DNA from: Selaginella moellendorffii
Taxonomy: Eukaryota; Plantae; Lycopodiophyta
DNA length: 64,000 nucleotides
Assembly: GCF_000143415.4 (NCBI RefSeq)
Contig: NW_003314267.1
Location: forward strand, 868,322-932,321
Reading direction: 5' to 3'
Made by a program: the position numbers and the translations under genes. This document shows, piece after piece, positions 12,018-23,873 of the stretch. The notes under the pieces were generated by a model. The model had not been told where the DNA came from. It did not search any database and was given only the letters and a program-made list of their open reading frames with translations. Numbering within the stretch: the stretch's first letter is position 1; each line of letters starts with the position of its first letter.

Positions 12018-12604
12018 TTAGTGGAGAGAGGTGGTGAAGGAAACAGTCTCCAGAGGGCTTCCGCAGTGGTACTGCCGGATGATATCGGCCAAAGAGAGAA
12101 CAAGGCGGCTGTCCATGGGCTTCACCAAGGGATTTCTTTGCGGGACGAGCACGAAATCATACGTGTGGTTCCTCGCGCTCGAAGGACTCGGGTATGGGAT
12201 GTTGTGGCTGGTGTTGGAAGGAGCAACGTAAGGCTCGAGAATGCTGGCCGTCACAGCTCCTGGTCAAGCAGCAGATTCAACATGGATCATGGAAGAACGT
12301 TCAAGAACTTACCAGAGGTGCCGGCTGGAATGTTCGCAATCCAATAGTTGATGTAAGGATAGACCTTGGAGGGAGCTACCAGTGCTCGTTGGTCCGCCAT
12401 CACCACCGAAAAGAGACGAGCGGTGCCATTCCCGCGGAAGCCTTGGATATCAATTGTGGGAGGTGAGTCAGTGCTGCTCAAGGGGATAAAATTGCCATTC
12501 GCCACAGTGGTAGAGCCATACTGGACGAGAAGACCCACGGCGACGTCCGCAAACAAACAGCACACAAGAGCAAAAGACACTACTGGAGATGAGAAAGATG
12601 CCAT
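12018..12604 (-). CDS. Secreted divergent PEBP-fold protein, 2 exons, ~177 aa
   Basis: Signal peptide then VQYGSTTVANG, PTIDI, LFSVVMAD, NYWIANIP; GT-AG intron 12312-12260; then YVAP, RNHTYDFVL. The motif order follows the PEBP family. Confidence 0.7.
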
Positions 12605-13291
12605 TGGAATTTGATGTACAAGGATGGATCGTCCATGGTTTTTATACAATGCCATAATCTAAATTCGTGCCAGGTCTCTAATAAAGGTTATAATCTAAAA
12701 TATCATTTCGATTTTGTAATTCCAGCGGCTCCCATTCTTTTAGATTAATTTTGAGTCAATGTCAAAACATCTTTTAATTACTCTGATTGTAAGTATATTG
12801 TAAGCACTTTCACTCTAGATCTTCATGACTTATAACAAGCTATTTTATTGATGTTTCAGGCAAGTGTCTAGAGTGAATCTCCCCAAGTTTCCTGCAAGCT
12901 CTCTGTGCCCTGAGCGTTCTCAAGTAGCTCCACCAAAATCTCTTCGTCCTCTCGAACTCCCAATCTTTGGCACCTTTCCCACTCCCAAATCCCCTCCACA
13001 GCATCCCAAAAACTTTGCATGCCTTTGATTCCTCCTACACTTCGGGCCCGATCCAGCTGAAACTTCAAAGCTGGTTCATCCCTTCGTCTGTGAGATCCTT
13101 GCAAACGTTCCATGGCTTGACTTGCAAGTTATATCCTTCCACGTCAATGGTTCTTACATTTGTTAGTTCCAAAAACCGCCACCTCACACTTTCCATCACC
13201 TTTCCTGTGAACCCTAAACTTTCATGCACAAAAAAAGCGATTATTTCATTATTTTACCACATACATTATTTACCATATATACAACATCGTT

Positions 13292-14905
13292 CTATGCTTC
13301 TAGAGCTGGTACGTCAAACAGGACGTGCATGGCCATGGCGGAGCTCAAGGTGAGCATCACCAGTATTCTTCCAGCCACGTCTTTGCAGGCTTCGCTAACC
13401 CATGCCCAGAATCTGGCAAGTCGCCCAGGTTTGCGCGTGATGCCGCCGCTCGGGTTCTCTCGTCCGCCATGGTCCTCCACCACCTCCGCCAAGTTGTAGC
13501 TCCTGGCGTCTCTCTCGCGCCTCGTGAGGCCCCGGAGCTGGAGGTTTCCCCGGAGATATGGCGAGAGGACTCCCAGGAACACGTCGAAGAAGGAATGGAT
13601 CGCCTCCGACGTTACCGTCCCGGCGACGTCGATCAGGAGCTTCCTGTTGCTGGGAACCGCCAGCGTCCTGGAGATCCCGTCCACCCAGTTTGGCAGCACG
13701 TTGATCCTGGAGCTCCCGCGACTGCTCGTCACGAGTATCATGTTGGCCTGGCCTTCCAGTTCCTCCAAGGAGCTCGGAGCTGCTGTCTTGCAAGTTTTCT
13801 CGGAGGCTGCCAGGGAATCGCTCTCGCTAGCCGCTCCAAGGCCGTCATTGAAACAATCCACTGTCTTGACAAGCTCCTTCACGACCTCTTTCTTGAGATG
13901 CTCTTGGGCGCCGGCTTCTCCTGTGGGAGGACTGGAGCTCAAAACTTCGTGCGAGGTTCTCACGAAGGTCTCCACTGCGCTGCTGCAAACTGAGCTAAAG
14001 AGATCCTTCACAGCAGCCTGGTGGCTCGGCTTAGTCACCCCAGCCACCACCTCTTCGTAAAAGTTCACGTCCTTGGTCTTCTCCAGGAAAACCGTCACGG
14101 CCGTGCCAACAAAAGCCTCGATGCAAGCCGCGACGAAGGACCTTCCTCGGTTGCTGGAGCACAGGTCGAGCAAAGTATCCGACGCCTCAAATGGAAATGG
14201 CTGTTCTAATCCCTGTTCCGGAGGACAAACATCTGGAGCCAATCCTCTCGAGTCCCAGTTCGATCGGTTGTGCTGAATCTGTAAGCCTTCCAGTATAGAG
14301 AGAATCGTGTTTCTAGCCACTGAGCCGAGAACCGCCGAAGCAAATCCCTTGCCAGGATCGCTGAAGATTTTGTGGAGTACCCTCTCGGGGAGCCGATCTT
14401 CTTGCTTGAGACTGGAACACTCCATGCTGCTATCGCATTCCTCACCACCATTCTGGAACTTTGCATTTCCATCCCTGGACCGGCTACCTTTCTCGTGGCT
14501 TTGTCGTCCATTCCTTCTTCTAGAAACAGAGAATTCATCGCTACCGGCATCCGCTACGCTTCTAACCAGCCCCCTTGAAACGCAGGAAGAAAAGGCCGTG
14601 AGAGCGTCCTGGAATTCTCTACAATTGGCGATCTTGAGGCCCTGTTTGAGGCTCCGGGGGACCTCGTCGTCGTCCGAGAGGAGGAAATTTCTAAGATCGC
14701 CAGCCAAGAGCGAGGTGGAGTCGATTCCCATGGCAAACACCTCGATCATTTGCACAAAACTGTCGATCAGCGATGCCACTCTCCTCCTCTTGCGCGTGAC
14801 GAAGGACGATTTGTATACCTTGTAGGACGCGTAGCCGCCGACCCCAGCGGCGGCAGCGAGAAGGAGGATTCTCTTGCGGCGCCTGGCGGACAGCACCATT
14901 TCCAT
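13292..14905 (-). CDS. PHLOEM PROTEIN 2-LIKE A10-like protein, intronless
   Basis: RRRKRILLLAAAAGVGGYASYKVY...FLLSDDDEVPRSLKQ resembles the PP2-A10 N-terminus; 537 aa. Confidence 0.8.
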   Translation of the reverse strand: MEMVLSARRRKRILLLAAAAGVGGYASYKVYKSSFVTRKRRRVASLIDSFVQMIEVFAMGIDSTSLLAGDLRNFLLSDDDEVPRSLKQGLKIANCREFQDALTAFSSCVSRGLVRSVADAGSDEFSVSRRRNGRQSHEKGSRSRDGNAKFQNGGEECDSSMECSSLKQEDRLPERVLHKIFSDPGKGFASAVLGSVARNTILSILEGLQIQHNRSNWDSRGLAPDVCPPEQGLEQPFPFEASDTLLDLCSSNRGRSFVAACIEAFVGTAVTVFLEKTKDVNFYEEVVAGVTKPSHQAAVKDLFSSVCSSAVETFVRTSHEVLSSSPPTGEAGAQEHLKKEVVKELVKTVDCFNDGLGAASESDSLAASEKTCKTAAPSSLEELEGQANMILVTSSRGSSRINVLPNWVDGISRTLAVPSNRKLLIDVAGTVTSEAIHSFFDVFLGVLSPYLRGNLQLRGLTRRERDARSYNLAEVVEDHGGRENPSGGITRKPGRLARFWAWVSEACKDVAGRILVMLTLSSAMAMHVLFDVPALEA

Positions 14906-15013
14906 GGCTCCGCGAAACCCTAGCGCTCCGCCCTAGCTGTAGAAAAGAAAAAGTTTTAAAAGGCTCTCAAGGGGGAAAGGAATATCCTGTTCTAGAGGGA
15001 AAAGAGTGGCGCC

Positions 15014-16986
15014 ATGTTGAGAAGAGGCGCTGCTAGGTTTCGATCGGGAGCGCCGGCGATCGCTGCCCGAGCGCTCCTTTCTCAGCGATTCAGCGGCGCT
15101 TCCTTCTGTAGCTCCAGTGCTGCGATCGATCAAGGGGTTAGAAGAGATTTTGGTGTCTAGGTCGTGAATCGCCTTGATTTCTCTGTTTTTTTGTCAGGCT
15201 GGAAGCTCCCAATCAAGCAGCGAGCCCTATGATGTGGTGATCGTCGGCGGGGGAATGGTCGGAGCGGCTGTGGCTTGTGGCCTAGGTGAGGTCTTTTTTC
15301 TTCACCCCTGGATTTACTTTGCGTGGAAATTTCTATCAGTGAGCTCTCCACTGACGAGATCACTTAAGATCGCTGTGATCGATGGAAGTCCTATATCTTT
15401 TGATAAGGTGAAGAAGAGCGATATCCCAGACCCTCGCGTCAGCTCCATCACTCCCGCGACTGTCTCTTTTTGCAAAGGTTAGTTTTTTTCTTCGCTACAT
15501 GTCTTGGAATAACTTTGCTTTTTAGATATCGGTACATGGGATGATTTGAAGTCGAAGGTGGCTCCATTCGACTCAATGCAGGTATTTCTCTTTATCCTGC
15601 CTTTGAATTTTCGTTTCGTTTTGTGTTGAATTCCTTGCTTTCTCAGGTCTGGGATTATGCTGGCCTGGGTTATACACGCTACAACGCAGCTGACGTTGAT
15701 GAGCCTGTTCTCGGGTATGCCATTTTCTTTTCGTTGTCGTTTGAAGTGAAACTTTAACCCTTCGGTATTCATGCGCAACAGATATGTTGTGGAAAATGGC
15801 ATTCTCGTTTCCTCTCTTCGTGCGCGATTACAGGTTTCTTTAACGTAAAGCTCCATCACTCATCGACAGTGTTTCTTTCTCTTTTGTTTTCATCAGGGTT
15901 CAGACGTTGATCTGTTATGTCCAACGCAAGTTGATTCTGTGATCTTTCCACATCGAGTAGGCGGTTTGCCGGAAGAAGAGGGATCCAACTGGGCTCATGT
16001 AAGTCTCAAAGATGGCCGTTCCATAGCAACGCGGCTTGTGGTAAGTACTTTGGTTCAGGAAAAAGAAAGACACGATCTCGACTTTTTCTTTTCAGGTTGG
16101 AGCTGATGGTGGGAAGTCCAAGGTTCGGAAAATGGCTGGCATCAGTACGACTGGGTGGGATTACATGCAAGAGGGCCTGATTTGTACAGTTCGAGTTGAT
16201 GAGCACCATTCCACGGCATGGCAACGATTTCTACCGACGGGTCCGCTGGCCTTACTTCCAATGAACGACGATTTCAGCAACATAGTTTGGTCTACAACTC
16301 CCAAGAAAGCAAAGGAGCTGAAGAGCCTACCCAGCGAAGACTTCGTGAACGCTGTCAACAATGCTCTGACCAAGGACTTCTCTCCGCCACCCAAGTCGGG
16401 ATTCGCAGAGGTTTTGACGAACAGGTTCCTGTCGCCGTATTTTGGAAACTTAGCGCCGTCAGCCACAGAAGAGTTCCAGTTCCCGGTGAAGGTGAAATCA
16501 GTGGAGACGGACAGGCTTTCGTTCCCGCTCTCGCTCTCTCACGCTCGAAGCTACGCTGCTCCCCGTGTGGTTCTCGTCGGTGATGCGGCGCACACCGTCC
16601 ATCCTCTTGCTGGACAGGGCGTCAACCTTGGCTTTGGAGACGCTGCTGCTCTTATCAAAGTCTTGGAAAAGGGAGTGAGATGTGGTCTTGACGTGGGAGA
16701 GGTAAGCACACCTCCTTCAAAGCTCTTGCCTGTTTTACAACTCACCCTTTTGTTCCAGATCTCGCTTCTCAACGAGTACGAGAACACTCGCAAGTTTGCC
16801 AATCTTCCCATGATGGCCGTGCTCGACGGCTTCCAGCGGATTTTCTCCACCGACTCGGGGCCCGTGAACGCTCTTCGAGCTGCGGGATTTAACTTGGTGC
16901 AATCCTTTGGTCCCTTGAAGAAGCTCGTCATCTCGTCGGCTATGAGCAACGGCTTTAGTGGGCTTCCCGGGCTTCTTCGCATCTAG
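15014..16986 (+). CDS. COQ6: Ubiquinone biosynthesis monooxygenase COQ6, mitochondrial
   Basis: Arg-rich presequence MLRRGAARFRS; YDVVIVGGGMVG, PDPRVS, LVVGADG, AWQRFLPTGPLALLP, LVGDAAHTVHPLAGQGVNLG. Confidence 0.93.
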
Positions 16987-17096
16987 TAAACTTCCCAATC
17001 CCAAGGACGCTCCTTTTTTTTCGTATTTGGCGGCATATTCACTGAATCTCCTTTCTCTTTTTTCTTTTTCTGATCTTCACTAGGTCTCGTAAGCTG

Positions 17097-18467
17097 ATGG
17101 CTCTATTCGATGGGAGGGCGACTGCGGTGGAGGTGATGGATGGGATCCGCCTGGATTCCAAGGTCGCCATCGTCACAGGTAGATCCTTTCGATCGTTTTT
17201 TTCCGCTGCTACTCGAAGCTCTACAATTTTTCTAGGTGCCAATGGAGGTATTGGATTTGAGACCGTGAGAGCTCTCGCGATCAAAGGCGCCCATGTCATT
17301 CTCGCTTGCCGGAATCTAAAGTCCGCGGAGGCTGCAAAAGCTTCCATTTTGAGAGAGGAGCCGGACGTCCAGCTCACTGTTCTTCGCCTGGATCTCAGCT
17401 CTCTTGCCTCGGTTCGTGAGTTTGTGGAGGAGTTTAAGTCTCTCAAGCTTCCTTTGCATATCCTGATGTAAGTTTCTTCTCACTTTTTTGTTTTCATAGC
17501 TTTTCTATCAGCCCATCTCATGACGCTGTGGATGATTTCATGAAGCAACAATGCAGGTCTAGCGTCCAGCGAGTTCATGCTCACGGTGGATAACTTGGAA
17601 ATCACATTTGCGACAAACCATGTTGGTAAGCTCAAGGTCCACTCTTTCGCGATTTTGCGATGGTGATTTTTTTGGTTTCCAGGACACTTTCTTCTCACGA
17701 ACTTGCTCCTCGACTTGATGATCAGTACTGCCTTGGAGAGCAACTGTGAGGGGCGGATCGTGATAGTCGCGTCGAGACAACACGAGAGTGCCAGAGGCAT
17801 CAATTTTGACAGCCTTCACAAGAAAAGCTGGCTGCAGTCCTTGCCGCTCGTAAAAAGGCAATCCAGTCATGTAAGATTCTTTTGGCAGCAAATTCTAACA
17901 CTTTGCGTCTGGCAGCTACCACGGGTTGTGCTCGGTGTACGCTCAATCCAAGCTCGCCAACGTTTTACACGCGAAGGAGCTCGCACGTCTTCTTAAGGTT
18001 TTCTCTACACTAGTCACTTCCTCGTTTCTGGCATAACTCTACGGTGGTGTAGGAACGGGGAGCGAATGTAACAGTGAACTCTTTGCATCCCGGAGTGATT
18101 CACACAAACATTGTTCGCAACTTCTTCAAGCCCGCCGAGTGTAAGATCCAGGAGTTTGTTTCGATCTTTTTCTAACTCTCTCTCTTCGTACAGATATGTA
18201 TAACGCGTTCCCTGGAATGTTTAAAACCATGGAACAGGTACTTCGATCGATTCATTTTTTTCTTTCGCGACCATTCTTTGTTGTTCTTCTTTTGTGATTT
18301 CCCAGGGAGCAGCGACTACTTGTTATGTGGCGGCTCATCCAGATTTAAATGGCGTCTCCGGGAAATACTTCGTGGATTGCAAAGAAGCTCCTTGTAGCCA
18401 ATATGCCAACGATCCAGAACTCGCGAAACATCTCTGGAAGTACAGCGAGGAACTCGTGAGATCCTAG
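17097..18467 (+). CDS. Short-chain dehydrogenase/reductase, Tic32/retinol dehydrogenase-like
   Basis: [59 protein letters not shown]. Confidence 0.93.
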
Positions 18468-18822
18468 CCGTCGCGCACGAGCATGCGTGTCACCATCTTG
18501 AGCTGCCATCTGGCAAGCTCATCCACCGCGTCAGCCCTAACTGTTACCACGTGGCCCCGAGCTCCACGTGCTATTTTTTGGATAAGGGCGCCAGGATAAA
18601 GTAAGGGGGATATTCCCAGCGCTCTATTTTAACTGTGCTAGGTCGGAAAGGAAAATTCTTTGTTCCAGGCAGGGAATCTGGGCTGTGTAGGAGATTCTTT
18701 CCCGTAAATTATTGATTCTAGGGTTCTAGGGCGTAGCGAGCGACCGAGCGAGTGATCGAGGTACCGGAGGCGCGATCGATCGATCGATCGGTTCTTTGAG
18801 AGCGATTTAGGTCAGCACCGGA

Positions 18823-19486
18823 ATGCCAGAGGAGCTGAGGATCGCGCCGCCGGCGTGGAGCGCAGCTGACATCAAGCTGTTTGAGTCGGCGCTATCGGTG
18901 TCCGCTCACAAATTTGGATCGGGGGAGCCGAATTGGGAGAAATTCCATCTACCGGGCAAGCAGGGCTGGGAGCTCAAGCAGCAGTATGATATGCTCGTCA
19001 AGGACGTGGCGGCGATCGAGGCCGGCCTTGTGGCGCCTCCGAATTACATCGAAGCTCCTCCGCAGGGCTCCCCGGATCGCAGCGGCAGCCCCGGCAGGAA
19101 AATCCCTGCTTCCATCGTACACAGGACGAGCGATCACCCCCCGCAAGAGCGAAGGAAAGGAATCCCGTGGAGCGAGGACGAGCACAAGTAAGTTGATTGG
19201 AGCTGCGGTTTCGATCGATCGATCATCGTGCTTACATTTTTCCACTTGTGTGATCTATAGGCTGTTCTTGATCGGCCTGGAGAAGTATGGCAAGGGAGAC
19301 TGGCGAAGTATCTCCAGGAAAGTAGTGATCACAAGAACACCCACGCAGGTGGCGAGCCACGCGCAAAAGTATTTCAATCGCCTAGCGTCCAAGAACAAGG
19401 ACAAGAGGAGGAACAGCATTCACGACATTACGTCCGTGTCGCCTCCGCCGTTGATTTCGCCCCACCACCGTCCGATGCACCACTGA
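18823..19486 (+). CDS. DIVARICATA-like R-R-type MYB transcription factor, 2 exons
   Basis: N-terminal SANT-like repeat; [13 protein letters not shown]|[19 protein letters not shown]...[10 protein letters not shown]...RRNSIHDIT. Confidence 0.93.
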
Positions 19487-19611
19487 TTTTTTTTGTTTTT
19501 TTTCTTATTTTGTCCTGTAGACCTTGCGTCTATACTGTACATTGTATGAAGGAATTTTTGGAGTTTTCTCAAAACTGTATTATTCGCTTTTGTTCTTCTT
19601 TTGGCTGTTTA

Positions 19612-19616
<5 letters not shown>

Positions 19617-19649
<33 letters not shown>

Positions 19650-19731
19650 TTTTATATATATATATGTATATATACATGTATGTATATATATATATATGTA
19701 TGTATGTATGCATGTATGCATGTATATATAT
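19617..19731. repeat. (TA)n/(TATG)n microsatellite between convergent genes
   Basis: Directly visible. Confidence 0.95.
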
Positions 19732-19756
19732 AAACTTTGCATTATTGTTTATAACT

Positions 19757-20805
19757 TTAGTAACCTTTAACGAGTGATACAAGCACAACACGGGGCGGTT
19801 CACCGGGCAACCGGCAATGCATCACCGACAAATTGTCAACAATTACAATGTCACCTTTTTGCCAGTCCACGACGACTTGTTCCTCTTGCAGCACCGCAGC
19901 TATCTTGTCAAGTTCTTCCACCGGGATGGGCGATCCGTCTCCGAACGCAACTCCGCGAGTGACAGGCTCGTCTTTGACAAGGCAAATGCTGTTGAACCAA
20001 GCCATGGAGCCTTTGATCGGGTGCTTGATTGTCGCGGAGAAAGGCCCTCGATAAGCAACCGGCTCGTCATGATCGGATCCATCGGCTTTCCATTCCAGTC
20101 GAGCTCCAATCGCTTCAGCTCTATCAAAAGAATCGAAAAGTTACACACTAGCTCCTTCTCGGTATACCTCTTTTGCGCAATGGCTTTGTCCGTGGTCTGG
20201 AACGCTTCCTCCCACTTTTTTGGAAGTCCGGTGCGGTAGCAAACTCGCTTCTCCTGCAAGAGATTGAAGATCTCGGGCATCTCTTTTGCGAGTCTCTGGT
20301 ACGCGAGCTCGCCGTTGACGAGAGCTGTTCCTCCCCCTCTCGGCGATGGCTGCTCGCAAAAGAACATGACCACGTCCGGATAGACAGAGAGCTGTTCATG
20401 GAGAAACTCGATCAAAATCAAGGATTTCTTACACTCAGATCTTTGAGGAGCCAAGTAACTTACATAGGCCATCTCGTTGTGGAAGGAGATTCGCTTGTCC
20501 ACGGGGTCTTCGTTGGCCGTGAACACGGGGCCCAGGATGTGCTTCCTTGCGCCCCCGCCGTGCTTGTAGTCCATGCTGGTGTAGCCCAGCGCCTCCACGA
20601 CGCTCGCAAAATCCTGGGCATTTGCCAGCTTCCATCCCCGGAGGAGAAGTGCGCCGTGCTCCACCACTTTTCCCCGGATCGAAGCCCTCTTTTGGCGAAT
20701 CAGATGCAAGAGGCTGTGCAGGGAATCGTCGCTGCCATTGTCTGGGACGAGAAGCGCTGGGAATTCATTCATTAGAGAGCCCTTGAGGAGTGGATCAAAT
20801 TTCAT
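19757..20805 (-). CDS. TauD/clavaminate synthase-like Fe(II)/2OG dioxygenase, 3 exons
   Basis: HGALLLRG, VFTANE, FHNEMAY, FFCEQPSPRGGGT, WFNSI, WQKGD, DNLSVMHCR; frames join through GT-AG introns. Confidence 0.88.
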
Positions 20806-21053
20806 TTGACCTTTATAGTCTACAGTTGACTTCAGATTGACTTGGACTTGGACAACGTGTAATTTTTCACAAAGAAAAGTCGAAGAGGTACTCCACATTT
20901 CGCGAAGCTTTTTTTTGGGGCCCAAAACATGTGGTCTACGTAAAATATTATGGAGGTTTAACGCACCACTTTTTAGGGAAGATTTCATAAAAGACAAAAG
21001 AAACAAAGACGTATTGAACAGTGAGTTATAATCAAGCACACCTCTTTTCTCTT

Positions 21054-23873
21054 TCACCTTTGACGCGAGCATATATAGTTTGACATCAACACATAGCTTC
21101 CAGAGCTTGTGTCCACCACTCCCAGTCCCTCCAATCTTTGCAGCGTTTCGAAACAAGTTTTTCCAATAGCATCGTTCTTCCATTTGCAGCACGCATCCAG
21201 CAAACAAATCCACAAAGGTACAACGTTTTCTCTGTCCCCGAGCTCCAGCACCATAGCCAGTGCCTCCTCCAACTTATTCGCCTGCCCAAGCAAATCCACC
21301 ATCACTCCATAGTGTTTGAGACTTGGTTTCAATCCATACAGCGTCACCATCCTCTCAAAGTAGCTCTTTCCTTCCGTGACGAGACCAGCGTGATTGCAAG
21401 CGGAGAGAACACTCAAGAAAGTTATCTCGTTTGGTTCCAGCAGCTCCTGTTCTTCCAAACTCTTTAGTAAATTAAATGCACTGGCGGCATCTCCCTGGCG
21501 ACTGTATCCATCCAGCATCGAGTTCCAAGTGATCAAGTCCTTCTCCTCGTCCCCAACAAGGGAAAATCTTTCTTCTGCCTCAGCAATGCTTCCACATTTG
21601 CCGTAGAAATCGATGATTGAGTTCACCACCATCAAGTTCTTGTGAAGTCCAGCGTTTCGGACCTCGGCCTCGATCTTCCTACCAGTTTCAAGAGCTCCAT
21701 AGTTTCCACAGGCCTTGAGAACTGCCGTGAAAGTTGTGGCATCAGATGATACTCCGGAAGCTCGCATTCTCGAGTAGAGATCGAGAGCTTTCTCGGCATC
21801 ACCACCCTCCGCATAGCCTCGGATGATCGAAGTCCATGCCACCACATTTGGATTGGAAATCTTTTCAAAAACTTGGCAAGCCTTCGCCAGGCTTCCACAC
21901 TTGACGTAAGTATCCACTAAGCTACTCGCTACAAAAACATGTTCTTCCAATCCATATCGCCTCGCATCCAAATGAAACTCTCCAGCTTTCTCCAAACACA
22001 TATTTTTATCCACGAGAGATTGGTTTACGTACAAGGCAGCACAGGCCTTTAGAGCAGCCAAGATAGTCACTGGATTTGGAGGAATTCCTTCTTCGTCGCG
22101 CATTCTATAGTAGAGCTTCAGAGCCATTTCTTCTTGTCCACACTCGGCATAACCCGTGATCATACAGTTCCAGGACACTAGATCTCGCTGTCTCATATTT
22201 TCAAACACTTTGCGAGAGTCTTCCATATCCCCACACTTTGCGTATGTTTCTACAAGCCGGCTAGCGACAAAAACATTGCATTCCAGTCCATCCTTCCAAG
22301 CTTCACGATGGATTTCTCTCACTTTTGATTGTAGCTTGTCAGTTTCCATCTTATGGCATTCTTTGAGCTTGGAACTTAGCTCGTGATCTTTCTCATGTTC
22401 TTTGCTTAAACTCTCAGCTAGACTCACACAAGCCTTGAGCACGGCAAGGTAAGTGATAGCATCTGGTTTCCATCCCTCGTTTCTCATCATCTCAAAGATC
22501 TTCAATCCCATTTTGCCCTCTTTACATTCACCATAGCCTGCTATAAGACAATTCCAAGAGACTGTGTCTTTGTCTACCATACAATCAAAAACTTGCTGGG
22601 CGCCCAGCATTTCCCCACACTTGGCATAAAAATCTAGCACACAATTCCCCATAACAATGTTAGATTCAATCCCACTCCTCACAACTCTTGCTAGAACAAC
22701 TTGTTTGCCATGTTGAGCCTTTGCCACCTTATTATTAGCTCCTGCCAGTGCATGTAATACTGCTGCATATGTGATTGTGTCAGCTTGAATCCCCTTGTCA
22801 AGCATTCGAGAGAAAAACTCAATCGTTCTACCTGTGTCACCTTTCTGGGCGTACCCTGATATCATCCCTGTCCAAGACACCAAGTCGGGAGTCATTATTT
22901 TCTCAAACACACCATTAGCTTCTTCCATGCTTCCACACCTTGCATACATTTCCACCAGCGAGCTCGCTACAAAGGGATGATTTCCATGGCCATGTTTGAG
23001 AGCTTGAGAGTGGATCGATCGCCCCTTTCTCAAAACATCTCTAATCTTCTCTTGTTGATTTTCCATTTGATCTTTCCTTGTTACTAGAACATTCACACAA
23101 GCTTTGAGAGCAGCAACAAATGTAACATTGTTTGGATAGCATTCACTCGATTGCATCTCGTCAAAGAGATCCAAAGCAAGTTCGCCATGGCCAAGCTCTG
23201 CGTACCCCTGGATCATTGCTGTCCATGAAACAACCGTGCGCTGCGTGATCCTGTCAAAAACTCGTCGAGCATCGCCCAAGCTCCCACATTTTGCATACAT
23301 ATCCACCAAAGAGTTTGCCACGAAAATGTGTGTATCATCACCACTGGCTGCTGCTTGGGCATGTAGATCTCGCCCTCGTTTCAAGCTCTGTGCTTTGACA
23401 AGCTCCGCACCAACAAGAGTTTTCTTCTCCTTGTCTGCAAGAGCAATGCAAGCACGTAGAGCAGCAAGATAAGTCACGAAATTTGCTGGAATTCTGGCTT
23501 CTTCTCTCAGCTGCGAGAAGAGCTCTAAGCCAAGCTCGCCATTTTGATTCTCGGCACAAGCTTTGATGATACAATTCCAAACGACGATTGATCTACGCTC
23601 TCGGACACTCTGGAAAACTCTGGTGGCCTCAACCAAGTTTCCACACTTGGAGTACATGTCTATTAACGTGCTCGCAACACGAACGTCAAGGCTTCTCTCA
23701 CCGAACCTGGCTTCTATGCTGTGGATTTTCTTGCCGGATTCTATGTCTTGTGAAATGCTGCAAGCTTTCAATGCGGCCACCACCACTGCAACACTGGGCC
23801 GATCTCCTGTTTCCACAATCCTAATATAAGTTCTGAGTGCAGGTGGAGCACCCCTTGATGGTGGGTTTTGCAT
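21054..23873 (-). CDS. PLS-class pentatricopeptide repeat protein with partial E domain and no DYW; small 5' exons probably lie upstream to ~24330
   Basis: Repeated LVDMYAKCGS..A..VF / VSWTAMI.GYA / TFVAALKAC motifs; HYGVMVDLLG; ends YVLMSN. Confidence 0.93.
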   Translation of the reverse strand: MQNPPSRGAPPALRTYIRIVETGDRPSVAVVVAALKACSISQDIESGKKIHSIEARFGERSLDVRVASTLIDMYSKCGNLVEATRVFQSVRERRSIVVWNCIIKACAENQNGELGLELFSQLREEARIPANFVTYLAALRACIALADKEKKTLVGAELVKAQSLKRGRDLHAQAAASGDDTHIFVANSLVDMYAKCGSLGDARRVFDRITQRTVVSWTAMIQGYAELGHGELALDLFDEMQSSECYPNNVTFVAALKACVNVLVTRKDQMENQQEKIRDVLRKGRSIHSQALKHGHGNHPFVASSLVEMYARCGSMEEANGVFEKIMTPDLVSWTGMISGYAQKGDTGRTIEFFSRMLDKGIQADTITYAAVLHALAGANNKVAKAQHGKQVVLARVVRSGIESNIVMGNCVLDFYAKCGEMLGAQQVFDCMVDKDTVSWNCLIAGYGECKEGKMGLKIFEMMRNEGWKPDAITYLAVLKACVSLAESLSKEHEKDHELSSKLKECHKMETDKLQSKVREIHREAWKDGLECNVFVASRLVETYAKCGDMEDSRKVFENMRQRDLVSWNCMITGYAECGQEEMALKLYYRMRDEEGIPPNPVTILAALKACAALYVNQSLVDKNMCLEKAGEFHLDARRYGLEEHVFVASSLVDTYVKCGSLAKACQVFEKISNPNVVAWTSIIRGYAEGGDAEKALDLYSRMRASGVSSDATTFTAVLKACGNYGALETGRKIEAEVRNAGLHKNLMVVNSIIDFYGKCGSIAEAEERFSLVGDEEKDLITWNSMLDGYSRQGDAASAFNLLKSLEEQELLEPNEITFLSVLSACNHAGLVTEGKSYFERMVTLYGLKPSLKHYGVMVDLLGQANKLEEALAMVLELGDRENVVPLWICLLDACCKWKNDAIGKTCFETLQRLEGLGVVDTSSGSYVLMSNYICSRQR

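Noticed and set aside
12868-13200. 81-aa minus-strand ORF and an alternative frame with an LRR-like CKDLTDEG
   Set aside because: No identifiable family and the alternative frame has stops; at most an unassignable gene relic
15014-20805. Biosynthetic gene cluster (monooxygenase, SDR, MYB, TauD)
   Set aside because: COQ6 is housekeeping and there is no scaffold-forming enzyme; adjacency is expected at this gene density
19900-21213. 437-aa ORF suggesting a PPR-TauD fusion
   Set aside because: Chance readthrough of intergenic DNA and in-frame introns; the TauD gene has its own ATG at 20805
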